From assembly GCA_050010515.1 (NCBI GenBank), contig JBEKKX010000013.1, forward strand, positions 47,330-111,329: a stretch of 64,000 nucleotides of DNA. Reading direction: 5' to 3'. The notes under the pieces are model-generated. The model ran no database searches and was not told the origin of the DNA. It saw only the letters and a program-made list of their open reading frames with translations. This stretch comes from Candidatus Bathyarchaeia archaeon. GTDB taxonomy: Archaea; Thermoproteota; Bathyarchaeia; Bathyarchaeales; Bathycorpusculaceae. The number at the start of each line of letters is the position of its first letter. Within the stretch, counting starts at the first letter, position 1. Shown here piece by piece: positions 37,835 through 47,408 of the stretch. Position numbers and translations under genes: made by a program.

Positions 37835-37911
37835 AGTACGTGAGCATCGACCTTGCTAAACTAAGGGCAAGGGTTCAAATCCCTCCCCGCCCGCTTTGCC
37901 CCTTTTGCCAA
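37835..37911 (+). repeat. Degenerate tRNA-Arg copy / att-like repeat, copy 3
   Basis: 37870-37894 AGGGTTCAAATCCCTCCCCGCCCGC is identical to 18345-18369; upstream AGTACG..GAGCA resembles the D-arm; downstream CTTTTGCCAA also matches the tRNA trailer. Confidence 0.85.
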
Positions 37912-38022
37912 TTGGAACTTGATTTTTGAATATTTAGGAAAATAAGGCTTAGAAATCGCGCGCGCTGCGCACACAATCAAAACCAACGTTAGACTCTACA
38001 TAGTCAATACACGCGTTAAAAA

Positions 38023-38370
38023 TCAGAAGAGTATTAGCAAGCCTTCTCTGCTTCCGTTGGGTTGAATCATGGCTTTCCGTTTGTTCAGAGGCTCGTCTGT
38101 TTCTATTTTTGTTCCCATTAGGGCTGGGATTGAGAATTCACGTGACACAATAGCCAGATGCGAGCCTACCCCACCAGTTTTGCAGACAATCCCTGCAAGC
38201 TTGGAAAGAATCGGTCCAAGAGTGGTCGTTCCTGCGTCTTCGACTATAACGATTTTCCCGTCAGCTCCTTCCTTCCAGAGATTAATCACATCCTGAATCG
38301 ACGTGACCACCCGAAGCTCACCCTCGGCCGAAACATTCAGCGTAATCATTCCACTACCTATAACCTTCAT
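38023..38370 (-). CDS. Stand-alone PEP-utilising enzyme mobile (phospho-His swivel) domain
   Basis: AGIVCKTGGVGSHLAIVSREFSIPALMG. Confidence 0.88.
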   Translation of the reverse strand: MKVIGSGMITLNVSAEGELRVVTSIQDVINLWKEGADGKIVIVEDAGTTTLGPILSKLAGIVCKTGGVGSHLAIVSREFSIPALMGTKIETDEPLNKRKAMIQPNGSREGLLILF

Positions 38371-38503
38371 GACCTAGCCTTCAATTCAACATGGGTAGGC
38401 TACTTATAGCCAAAGTTGGATATTAGATTTACTTGAACAGCGCTGATGCCAAATCTTATTTACATCAAACCCGAATATCAGGTTCAGCGCAGAGGCAAAA
38501 GAT

Positions 38504-39682
38504 ATGAAGATTGCAGAAATCAACGAACTTATCACTCACCTGAGCAAGGTCTTCTCCAACATCGTTCTCGAAAGGAGCCTACTCGAGTCCAAATTGTTTC
38601 CCGTTAACGCTTACATAAGTCTCGGATTCTACCAGACCTACCACGAACTTTACGCTGTCATGAAACAAGTATGGGACACGATCACCCCCGAAGAATTGGC
38701 TAAAAAAAGCAGAAGCCTACTCTCGCCCATACAAGCTCTCTCAATTTCCTACCTTTGGCTTTACTATTCGCTCGCTAGAATGGGCACAATCTACAACAAA
38801 TGCGGAGGCGACCCCAGCAAAGAACATCTGGAAAAAAGAGAACAATGGAAATGGATGCTTGAAAAATGGTACAGCCTGGCGACACACTACTTTGCCTCTG
38901 GCAAACCTACCGTGGCAGCTTCTAACAGGAAAATCATCGGTCTAAACGACGACTCAATCGCTTGGGTCAAAGACCACATACAACCAGTGACTCCTGAACA
39001 AACGAAGAAGGTAAGACGAATCATAGGCTCGGTTGACCTTTACTCTTTCATAGACGAATGCGAAGCAAGAGCCAAAATCGTGAACCACGGTCCCTATCCG
39101 CTTGGAAACGGAGAAAACCTCGTGCTCACGGAATACACAAACCTCTATGATGGACACGACAGATTGTGGCTTCCGTGGTCAGCAACCGAAGCTAAATTCC
39201 CTTCTTCAACCTTAGGTGTCGCCATGACACTCAAAGATGCAAAAACCACCTTCAACGACATCGGCACCATGACGGTGGACCCCGGCGACTACTCCAAACT
39301 TGTAAAGGGCATCGCAGCATACAAAAAAGGCGGAGACCAAATAGTCTCAGTCGGACTGGATGAGCTATCCTCATACGCCGAAGCTGCAGACAACGCCCAA
39401 GCCGAACTCTACATGAAATTCGCCCAAATGGGCAGGTCGCAACTGCTCATCTCGGGCGCCACCGCTTACTGGAAGGGCTTCGCAAGGTACACAGACTCTA
39501 TAGGAATCACAGAAAAAGTCTCATGGAACCTCTCTAAAACAGTTCTTGACGAATACCTGCCCATATTCATGAAAGCCAACGAGGACCCAGCCTTCTCAAG
39601 AATCAAAAGAAAAATCATAAAAATGAAAACCCTTCCATTTCTAAAAGAAAAAGACCCAATAATGTACCTCATGCCCGAGTAA
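38504..39682 (+). CDS. Hypothetical protein, possibly the substrate-binding partner of the swivel domain
   Basis: 392-aa clean ORF divergent from the swivel-domain gene; no motif that I can assign. Confidence 0.8.
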   Translation: MKIAEINELITHLSKVFSNIVLERSLLESKLFPVNAYISLGFYQTYHELYAVMKQVWDTITPEELAKKSRSLLSPIQALSISYLWLYYSLARMGTIYNKCGGDPSKEHLEKREQWKWMLEKWYSLATHYFASGKPTVAASNRKIIGLNDDSIAWVKDHIQPVTPEQTKKVRRIIGSVDLYSFIDECEARAKIVNHGPYPLGNGENLVLTEYTNLYDGHDRLWLPWSATEAKFPSSTLGVAMTLKDAKTTFNDIGTMTVDPGDYSKLVKGIAAYKKGGDQIVSVGLDELSSYAEAADNAQAELYMKFAQMGRSQLLISGATAYWKGFARYTDSIGITEKVSWNLSKTVLDEYLPIFMKANEDPAFSRIKRKIIKMKTLPFLKEKDPIMYLMPE

Positions 39683-39699
39683 CAAAAGCATCAGATAGG

Positions 39700-40605
39700 A
39701 TGATGAAAATGTCTAATTCGATCAAAGAAACCGACGACTACTTTCACACCGCAGAAAAGGAACTAGACTGGCGAGAAAGCTACTACTTCAACTTTGCAGA
39801 TCCCGAAAACAAAACAGCTGGATTCACCACCATAGGGATTCTGCCCAACCAGAAGAAAGGAGAATTCATCCTAGCTCTATTTCACGAAGACAAACAAATG
39901 GTCTACTACAAGGAACAAACACCCATAAATGATCAATCATTGGGCCTTCTCTCAGATAGAACCCTGACCTACAAGCTTGTCGAACCCATGAAGAAATGGG
40001 AAATCAATCTCGCCAGCGAAAACCTCAACGTGCACTTCCAGTGGAAAGCCCGATTTCCGCCGTTTGATTTTGGAAAGGGAAGCGGAACCTCTTGGAAAGC
40101 GCACTTTGAACAGTCAGGCACGGTCGAGGGAGAAGCAACACTCCCCGACGGAAGAAAAATCCGAATCAGAGGCTACGGTCAGCGCGACAAGAGCTGGGGG
40201 ACTCGAGACTGGCACATAGAAAATTGGTTCGCATTCCACGCGCAGTTTCAAACATATGCCATCGGCTTACGAAAAGACACCGTAAACGGCTCTCCTCACA
40301 TCTCAGGAGGGTTGTCCTCCGCGAAAAAACAGACGGCAGCCTCTCAAATAGACCTGCAAATAAACTACGAGAAAGACGACACGAAAACCCCAACCGGAGC
40401 CTCGACGACAATACACTACGCAGACGGAAAAGTCGACACGCTCGTTTCCAAACTGATTTCACCCAAGAGCTTCGTCAAGTTCTCAAGAAGCTTCCCAAAA
40501 GGAACCACAGAACTCTTCGAAGGAATGGCAATACACGAGTGTACCACTACGGGAGAAAAAGGAACCGGACTCATCGAATTCCTCTTCACGCACCCAAAGC
40601 CTTAG
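39700..40605 (+). CDS. AttH/tocopherol-cyclase-like beta-barrel protein
   Basis: WRESYYFNF, HFEQSGTVEG, GYGQRDKSWGTRDW. Confidence 0.7.
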   Translation: MMKMSNSIKETDDYFHTAEKELDWRESYYFNFADPENKTAGFTTIGILPNQKKGEFILALFHEDKQMVYYKEQTPINDQSLGLLSDRTLTYKLVEPMKKWEINLASENLNVHFQWKARFPPFDFGKGSGTSWKAHFEQSGTVEGEATLPDGRKIRIRGYGQRDKSWGTRDWHIENWFAFHAQFQTYAIGLRKDTVNGSPHISGGLSSAKKQTAASQIDLQINYEKDDTKTPTGASTTIHYADGKVDTLVSKLISPKSFVKFSRSFPKGTTELFEGMAIHECTTTGEKGTGLIEFLFTHPKP

Positions 40606-40698
40606 TCCAGCAAGTAAACGTTGAACTTGTGCAAAGACATCGGCAAAACTAAAGCAATTTCAAATCGAAGAAGCCGAAATGTTCTGTTATATGTGCCC

Positions 40699-40962
40699 TC
40701 ATGATACGGTTATGGCTTTCTGGGGACATGCTGTCACGCATTTTCCGCAGTGGGTGCACAGATCCAGCCAGACCGCCGTTATTTGCCAGAATTGCGGATC
40801 ATTGCGGTTTGCCTCTTTGGCTCCGAGGGTTTCGTGGCGAAGGAAAATCGCCGGATCACAAACCTTGAGGCAAACACTGCATTCTCGAGGGTCAATGCCA
40901 CCAGTCGCATTTCCACATTTCGAATAATCAATTCGAATTCTCGTTTTCTTCATCATCAACAA
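40699..40962 (-). CDS. Ferredoxin-like Fe-S protein
   Basis: IDYSKC..ECSVCLKVCDP and CTHCGKCVTACP. Confidence 0.85.
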   Translation of the reverse strand: MLMMKKTRIRIDYSKCGNATGGIDPRECSVCLKVCDPAIFLRHETLGAKEANRNDPQFWQITAVWLDLCTHCGKCVTACPQKAITVS

Positions 40963-40971
40963 CTTGTCTCG

Positions 40972-41841
40972 CTAGTACATGTTGGCAATTCCCGGAACGC
41001 TTTCCCTGGGAATCAGCGTAATCGCGCCGAACTTACAACGATCTCTGCAAAGTCCGCAGCCGAAACATTTGTTTTGGTCAATTACTGTTCTACTCAACGT
41101 AGGCGAATACCTTAGTGCCCCAAATTGGCAATAGGAAACGCACGCCCTGCAACCTTGACAAAGGTCGGGGTTGACGTCGGCAACGTACTCTGCCTTATAG
41201 ACGGCACCCAAGCCAAAGTCGGTTCGAAGCCTAAGACCTCCACACTGAGGGACCTCGCAAGAACAAATCGCGTTAACATAAGGGACAGGCTGGAACCAGA
41301 CCGTTGCGATTCTTCCTTTCTTGTTCTGCTCCTCCAAAGCCGCAACAGCCTCTTCCCTACCCAACCTGAACTTGGTTTTTTCAGGAATAAACCGGGGCAA
41401 CTTCTCGATCACACCCGACAGGCAACCGAAGTTGATGCAGCACACATCCTTAACTCCCCTCTGCATCATCCTGCACATACAGTAGTTCTGAATTATAGGT
41501 TCAGCCGCCAAGTTCATCATGATAAGCTTGGCTTCTTCAATAGGAATTACCTGCCCAAAATGCCCGTCCGCTCTAACCGGATTCCGATTCTTGCTCTCAG
41601 AATGAATCATGCTTTCAGCCTTCCAACGCACTACGCGTCCGATAATTGGCATTTTAAGCTTGTAGCCCATCCCTATAGAAGAGAGACCCATGATCTTACG
41701 GATGTAGACTGTCTCAAAGTTTCTCCACTGCTCCTCAAGATAAGCTTCAAGATTCTGACTATCCGCAAGTTCATTGGAGTAGTTCTTAGCGTTAAGATAC
41801 CACTTTCCACCTGCACCGTGTTTCATGCACCACTTACACAT
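40972..41841 (-). CDS. Cys-rich 4Fe-4S binding protein
   Basis: MCKWCMKHG, CMCR, ICSCEVPQC; C-terminal CQGCRACVSYC and CFGCGLCRDRC. Confidence 0.88.
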   Translation of the reverse strand: MCKWCMKHGAGGKWYLNAKNYSNELADSQNLEAYLEEQWRNFETVYIRKIMGLSSIGMGYKLKMPIIGRVVRWKAESMIHSESKNRNPVRADGHFGQVIPIEEAKLIMMNLAAEPIIQNYCMCRMMQRGVKDVCCINFGCLSGVIEKLPRFIPEKTKFRLGREEAVAALEEQNKKGRIATVWFQPVPYVNAICSCEVPQCGGLRLRTDFGLGAVYKAEYVADVNPDLCQGCRACVSYCQFGALRYSPTLSRTVIDQNKCFGCGLCRDRCKFGAITLIPRESVPGIANMY

Positions 41842-41971
41842 TGGAAAATCACTTAAGCCGCAAAGTCAATAGCTTAAGTTACACTCGTCTAGGTATTTAA
41901 AAATTAGGTAACGCCAAGACAGAGCGAAAACGAACGGAGGAAAAAGAACGAGAACAAAACTTAAGCCCAAC

Positions 41972-42946
41972 TTGAATTCTGAACCACTAAGTCACCAGCC
42001 CGGAGCCGACCGAGAATGGAACGAATCATACTACTTCGTTTTCTACTCAAAAGAACAAGAATTCGGCGGCATTACAAGACTGGGTTTCAAACCGAACAAA
42101 CAAGAGGGTATGACCTTTTTTCTTCTCTTCCTGCCCGACGGAACAGTTGCCATGCACCAGACCACAGAAAAAATAGGAAACTCCAGCTACCCCAAAGTAC
42201 CAAGCGTTAACGGCATGCTACACCAAAGGAACGACAACGGCACATGGAACTACAATTTCAGCGGCAACATGATGCTCCTTAAAAACCCACAAGACCTCCT
42301 TAAGATACGAGAAAAACCATCCTTGATATCTGGAATTCAGAAGGCCACAATGGACCTCACTTTCACACCCATAAACAAAGTCTACGAATACAGCAGCCAC
42401 ATGACAACGGAGAGTCGCGAACTCGGAAAAAAAGCTGGCGACGCTCACTGGGAACAGATCGCCAAAGTGAAAGGTAAAGTTGTCCTGGGCAACCGATCAT
42501 TCAACGTAATTAACGTTCTTGGACAGAGGGACCACACTCACGGCGTACGCGACTGGACTGGAATCGGAAGCTGGCTCTACTACGTTATCTGGTTTTCCGA
42601 ACGACTGGCCGTAAACCCTGCAGCCCTAATTTCTGACGAAGGAAAAGTATCCACAGGAGGGTTCATTTTCAAAAACGGAAGGAACATTCCAATTACGAAA
42701 ATTCGTGTCCTGGACCAGCAGTTCAGCGACGACATCTTCCCCGTCAACTCAAAACTGGAGCTTGTCGATGAAGACGGCCACACTCATGTACTGAAAGGAA
42801 AAGCAGGACCAGCAGTTCCGATCCCCTTCAGCGACGAAAAAGGACGAACTTCCATTCTTACACAGTCTTTCGGAACTTTCGAAATGGACGGTCTGTCTGG
42901 TGGTTACGGAACATTTGAAACATTACGGGCAAACCGCGCATCCTAG
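41972..42946 (+). CDS. AttH/tocopherol-cyclase-like beta-barrel protein (paralogue of 39700-40605)
   Basis: WNESYYFVF, HWEQIAKVKG, GQRDHTHGVRDW. Confidence 0.7.
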   Translation: MNSEPLSHQPGADREWNESYYFVFYSKEQEFGGITRLGFKPNKQEGMTFFLLFLPDGTVAMHQTTEKIGNSSYPKVPSVNGMLHQRNDNGTWNYNFSGNMMLLKNPQDLLKIREKPSLISGIQKATMDLTFTPINKVYEYSSHMTTESRELGKKAGDAHWEQIAKVKGKVVLGNRSFNVINVLGQRDHTHGVRDWTGIGSWLYYVIWFSERLAVNPAALISDEGKVSTGGFIFKNGRNIPITKIRVLDQQFSDDIFPVNSKLELVDEDGHTHVLKGKAGPAVPIPFSDEKGRTSILTQSFGTFEMDGLSGGYGTFETLRANRAS

Positions 42947-43041
42947 ACCGTGTATTTGCGCGATTTTCACTTAGGCTTAAATACGAAGCGCCTCAAACGT
43001 AATACCCTACCCGTGTTGCCAAGCAAAGAGGAGAAACAACA

Positions 43042-44772
43042 ATGGACAGCTCTAACAGCTCTGAGAAAGAAGTTATATGGACAAGAGGCTATTCAGACGA
43101 CTACTGGAATGACCCTGTTTCCCCCCTGTTTTTCGAGCTGCTCGGGGACCAACTAACCCAAATTGTTAACACTGAACTCAATGGAATTATGGGATATTCC
43201 CGCCTGGGCTCGGGAGAAACTGATAAGCTCCTGAGGCTGTATCATGGTCACGCATACTTCAACCTTGAAGTTCTCAAACGGAAGGTTGAGTACGAGATCC
43301 CTCCATTCGTTCGCAACGACGACATCCTAAACTACTTCATGGAAGGCAGTGGACCATACGGCAAAAAAACCATGAAAAATCAGCCTTTCAAACTGAACAA
43401 GAGAGTTTTGGCGGAAATCCGAGTGATGCTCTATGACGGTCAAGGCTCGATAACAAAAACAAACTCGGCATATGAAAAATGGACCAAAGAGAAATTTGAC
43501 CCATTCTGGCAAAATTTCGATTCACGAATAGCAAAAATCAACTTGGAAGGCGACCAATCGGACCTCTTAGAACTGGCTGGAGAGCTGGATCGGTTAATGA
43601 TCGGGCACTTCCGTCTCGTACGGTACGGGATCCCGGTCCACAACATCGGGATGAATCTGATAGCGCAATACCTTCTGGGACGCTTCATAGGCCAAGAAGC
43701 AACTGAGATCTACCCGCTTTTAATATCTGGTCTCGAGCACAAAACAAGCGAAATGAACGAGCGTCTCGTCAAGCTCGCCGGTATGATACGAACTTCAACC
43801 CCTACAAAATCGCTAATCCTAGAAACACCTTCAAATCGCCTTTTCACAGTTCTAATGGCAGATAATACTCCGCAGTCAGAAGAATTTAAGCAAGAATTGA
43901 AGTCGTTCTTACGCGATTTCGGAGTCAGAGGCTTCACCAGAGAACCATATTACCCGCGCTGGCACGAAGCTCCCGAATACGTTTTCGACATCTTGAAATC
44001 ATTAATCCAGGATCAAATTCCAGTAAAAAAAGAACAGAAAATTGCACGAAAGCTACAAACAAGCAGGATTGAACACAGAATAAAGAAGCGGCCGCTAGGC
44101 TGGTTCAAATGGCAACTACTCTCAGTAATTCTTGGGTTCGCAAGAAAATACATAGTATTTCGCGAGAACCAGCGATACAACCTGGACCGATGGATCACCA
44201 TGAACCGCAGAATCTACATGGATATCGGAAGGAACCTGCAAAAACACGGATTCTTGGAGGACCCTTCAGACATATTCTTTCTCCGAAAAAACGAAATACG
44301 AACCCTGATCTCCAGAAAAGGAATCGATGAAGACCAAACCAGAATCCGCCAGGCAGTTTCAAGCAGGAAAGCCGAGTTTCTTAAGTATGAACACGTGACT
44401 CCAGCCAAGTTCCTACAGGGATCTACGGAATTCAATGATCCAGAGAGAAACACCGGCTTCATCCTGCATGGGCTTCCCGCCAGCCAAGGCAGACTAACCG
44501 GAACCGTCCGAGTCCTAAACCGCGTTGAAGAAATTGGAGACGTGCATGCTGGCGAAATACTCGTCGTTCCTCGAACTGACCCCGGATGGACTCCTGTGTT
44601 CAGCAAAATAGGAGGCTTGATCACCGAAACCGGCGGAATCTTATCGCATGGCGCCGTAGTATCCAGAGAATACGGAATTCCCGCCGTTACAAACATCCAA
44701 AACGCTTGCCAACTGCTCCACAACGGCCAAACCGTAACGATTGACGGTTCAAAAGGTATCATCTCCATATAG
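43042..44772 (+). CDS. Rifampin-phosphotransferase/phenylphosphate-synthase-like protein with substrate and phospho-His domains but no ATP-grasp domain
   Basis: DPVSPL, FLRDFGVRG..PRWHEAP, DIFFLRKNEI, GLPASQG, ILVVPRTDPGWTPVF, ETGGILSHGAVVSREYGIPAV, TIDGSKG. Confidence 0.88.
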   Translation: MDSSNSSEKEVIWTRGYSDDYWNDPVSPLFFELLGDQLTQIVNTELNGIMGYSRLGSGETDKLLRLYHGHAYFNLEVLKRKVEYEIPPFVRNDDILNYFMEGSGPYGKKTMKNQPFKLNKRVLAEIRVMLYDGQGSITKTNSAYEKWTKEKFDPFWQNFDSRIAKINLEGDQSDLLELAGELDRLMIGHFRLVRYGIPVHNIGMNLIAQYLLGRFIGQEATEIYPLLISGLEHKTSEMNERLVKLAGMIRTSTPTKSLILETPSNRLFTVLMADNTPQSEEFKQELKSFLRDFGVRGFTREPYYPRWHEAPEYVFDILKSLIQDQIPVKKEQKIARKLQTSRIEHRIKKRPLGWFKWQLLSVILGFARKYIVFRENQRYNLDRWITMNRRIYMDIGRNLQKHGFLEDPSDIFFLRKNEIRTLISRKGIDEDQTRIRQAVSSRKAEFLKYEHVTPAKFLQGSTEFNDPERNTGFILHGLPASQGRLTGTVRVLNRVEEIGDVHAGEILVVPRTDPGWTPVFSKIGGLITETGGILSHGAVVSREYGIPAVTNIQNACQLLHNGQTVTIDGSKGIISI

Positions 44773-44950
44773 CAACATCCGCAAATTCTGCAACGACCGA
44801 TGATTTTTTCTTTCCAATCAAATACAGCACGTTGCGCGCGCTCTACAATGTTGACTGTAAATATGGATATTTAGTCTGTTTTTGTTCTCAAGCATTTGCT
44901 AAATATACAAAAAGTCCTTCACCTTGGCTATAAGCTAGCGCATTAGGTAA

Positions 44951-45514
44951 TCAACTAATTATTTTCTTTATAGCCGCTGCTACTTCTATTGCAGGTTTGT
45001 TTGAATTTACGATAATCCATTTGCCCAAAAAAGCTAGCGAAAGCGCTTTGGTTCTAACCTCACTCAACGCGTCAAAGTCCTCAAACATTTCCCTCTCGCC
45101 ACGAGACTTTGCAATCCGAGAAAGTGCCTCCTCTGGATTAACGTCTAAAAAAATCATTATTTCCGACTGGGGTACAACAAAGGCAAAAAAATGGTAAGCG
45201 ATTTTATGTAGAGGCGCAGGCAAATAAGCCGTACCCATCAGGTACCTCACGAAAATTATATAATCGACCTTTCGCCACGAATAAAGCAGAATTGAACGTA
45301 TTACATCAATCATGTAGAATAACGCAGCGGCGAAATGTGCACTCTTGCCGCTTGAATACAGAAACTGGCGCGCTTTAACTCCGAAGAAATTGTCCTTTTC
45401 AGGGTGAACACGCAAACACACGGTTTTTCCTCCTTTTTCCAGAAACTTCAAGATAAACTGTGCTTGGGTGCTTTTCCCAGAACCGTCTAATCCATCAATT
45501 ATGATTAAAGTCAA
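44951..45514 (-). CDS. Thymidylate-kinase-like P-loop kinase
   Basis: IIDGLDGSGKSTQ, FLDVNPEEALSRI; the DRY motif appears as VRY. Confidence 0.8.
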   Translation of the reverse strand: MTLIIIDGLDGSGKSTQAQFILKFLEKGGKTVCLRVHPEKDNFFGVKARQFLYSSGKSAHFAAALFYMIDVIRSILLYSWRKVDYIIFVRYLMGTAYLPAPLHKIAYHFFAFVVPQSEIMIFLDVNPEEALSRIAKSRGEREMFEDFDALSEVRTKALSLAFLGKWIIVNSNKPAIEVAAAIKKIIS

Positions 45515-45515
45515 A

Positions 45516-46232
45516 TTAAGCCCATCCCTTCAGAAGAAGAAGCAGCAAAGCGCCGAGGAAAGGAACAGTTATGTTATCAAAGCCTCGCGGTGTAAGTGCT
45601 TCAGCAACCGTAGCCACAGCAGCCACCGCCAAAGCAATTAAAACTGAACTGAAAAGGGGAAGAGAATAAAAAGCGGAAAAAAATAATAGACTAACCTCAA
45701 AACTTACAAAACTAAACGCAAACATTGCAACTGAACCCTCAAGGCTTTTTTTGGCAAGAATCCGGAAATGCCGCTTCCCAAACTTTTCACCAACCAAAGA
45801 AGCCGCAGCATCACCATAAGCCATAGGCAAAATCCCCGCAGCAATAACGTAAGGCTTCGCCGAAAAAAACCAAGCCAAAACGGTGTAAGAGATAGCGTAA
45901 AACACCAAACCCAACTGATGACCACCTTTAGTCACCTCAGTCAACTCCGACATTTTCCTGCTAAGACTCTTTACCGGAGAGTAAGGCGAAACCAGAAAAG
46001 TTACAAAAACAAACGGCACTGCAACGAAGAAAGGAAAGTTCAGCGGAAATGTGTTGTATGAGAAAAACGGAATAAGAAAAGGCAAATTCCCGATCATTAT
46101 GTGCAGGAACTTGCGAGAAGAATTCCGAGATAAACCACGCCCGATTTTTCCCGTGACCAAAATCACAATTAGAATATACCCGTAGCAGGAGCCAAGCAGT
46201 GCCAAATTTGCCCAAGCTTCAGTGTCAAGCAT
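45516..46232 (-). CDS. Polyprenol/phytol/dolichol kinase-family membrane protein
   Basis: SRKFLHIMIG, AYGDAAASLVG, KKSLEGS, EALTPRGFDNITVP. Confidence 0.88.
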   Translation of the reverse strand: MLDTEAWANLALLGSCYGYILIVILVTGKIGRGLSRNSSRKFLHIMIGNLPFLIPFFSYNTFPLNFPFFVAVPFVFVTFLVSPYSPVKSLSRKMSELTEVTKGGHQLGLVFYAISYTVLAWFFSAKPYVIAAGILPMAYGDAAASLVGEKFGKRHFRILAKKSLEGSVAMFAFSFVSFEVSLLFFSAFYSLPLFSSVLIALAVAAVATVAEALTPRGFDNITVPFLGALLLLLLKGWA

Positions 46233-46238
46233 GGATGC

Positions 46239-47099
46239 TCACCTAAACATGCCGAAAATGAACGCGAGCAAACCCACGATGAAAAGAATTAGAACAAGTT
46301 TCTTGATTCGGCGAGCGTTCTCACGTGAAGGATTCTTGACCAATAACACTGAACACTCGACCAAACCAAAATCAGTAACTAACACAAAAGGAACAAACCA
46401 AAAAGAAACCAAACCCAAAACCACCGGAAGCGGAGAAAGACAAATTGCAAAACCGTAAAACGACGCTGCCGCCGCCGCAGCCTTCAACTCGCCGAAACGC
46501 ACGGCAAGAGTCTTAACATTCTTGGCGCTATCCCCTTTAACGTCCACGATGCCCTTCGTGATTTCTCTACCCGTGTTCGAAAGGAACGCCATAGAAGCAA
46601 AAAGCAGGACGTTAAGCCGAACCGCATTAACTGCCACCAAATTTCCATACAGAAAAGGCGTAGCCACACATGCACTAACTAAGAAGTTGCCTGGCAGTCC
46701 ACTTCGCTTTCCCACAGTCGTATAAGTTAGCATAAGCGCCCAGGCAACCACAGCGACCACAAGACAAACAATACTTGTGAGGAAAGCGAAAACAAAACCC
46801 ACCACAGAAAGGACACCAGCGAAAATCAACGCACCTTTAACAGTTACTACGCCGCTGGGAATCGGACGCGTAGGCTCATTTATCGCGTCAATGTGGCGAT
46901 CGTAGTAGTCATTCACAGCCATGGCAGCCGCTGTTAAAGTGAAACCAGTCAACGCCCCAAACAAAATGTTTAGCCCAAAAAAGTTTGAGAAACTCGGATT
47001 CCCCAAAACCGCACCCACTAGAACAGCGAAACTCATCATCACACAATTTATCGGCCTCATCAACTTAACAAAACCGCTAACTTCGTGTGCACCCCTCAA
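46239..47099 (-). CDS. Digeranylgeranylglyceryl phosphate synthase (UbiA family)
   Basis: LMRPINCVM, NDYYDRHIDAINEPTRPIPSG, GNFLVS, GREITKGIVDVKGD. Confidence 0.88.
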   Translation of the reverse strand: MRGAHEVSGFVKLMRPINCVMMSFAVLVGAVLGNPSFSNFFGLNILFGALTGFTLTAAAMAVNDYYDRHIDAINEPTRPIPSGVVTVKGALIFAGVLSVVGFVFAFLTSIVCLVVAVVAWALMLTYTTVGKRSGLPGNFLVSACVATPFLYGNLVAVNAVRLNVLLFASMAFLSNTGREITKGIVDVKGDSAKNVKTLAVRFGELKAAAAAASFYGFAICLSPLPVVLGLVSFWFVPFVLVTDFGLVECSVLLVKNPSRENARRIKKLVLILFIVGLLAFIFGMFR

Positions 47100-47310
47100 C
47101 CTCTCCCCTCCGATGCTCTAAAATGCGACGCTTACATTTATAAATTCAACCTTAACGCCGCGTTCAAGTCTTTCCTAATTACGTCACAGCCGTTATTGAT
47201 AGTAGCATTTTTCTCGGTGAGAGCGCGCTTAATTCCGGTCCGTTTCAGCTACAATTGATTTGCCATCTTCAGATATGATTTAGTGCAAAATTGCTTACTG
47301 AACCTCCTGA

Positions 47311-47381
47311 ATCAAATCTATCACTTCAATCCATAACCCGAGGGTTCAAACGCGGGCTCAAACCTATCCCCACCCGCCACA
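47311..47381 (+). repeat. tRNA-3'-end-derived repeat, copy 4, with upstream arm
   Basis: ATCAAATCTATCACTTCAATCCATAACCCGAGGGTTCAAACGCGGGCTCAAACCTATCCCCACCCGCCACA. Confidence 0.85.
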
Positions 47382-47408
47382 GATGTCCCCGCACATTTCG
47401 AGTGGGTG

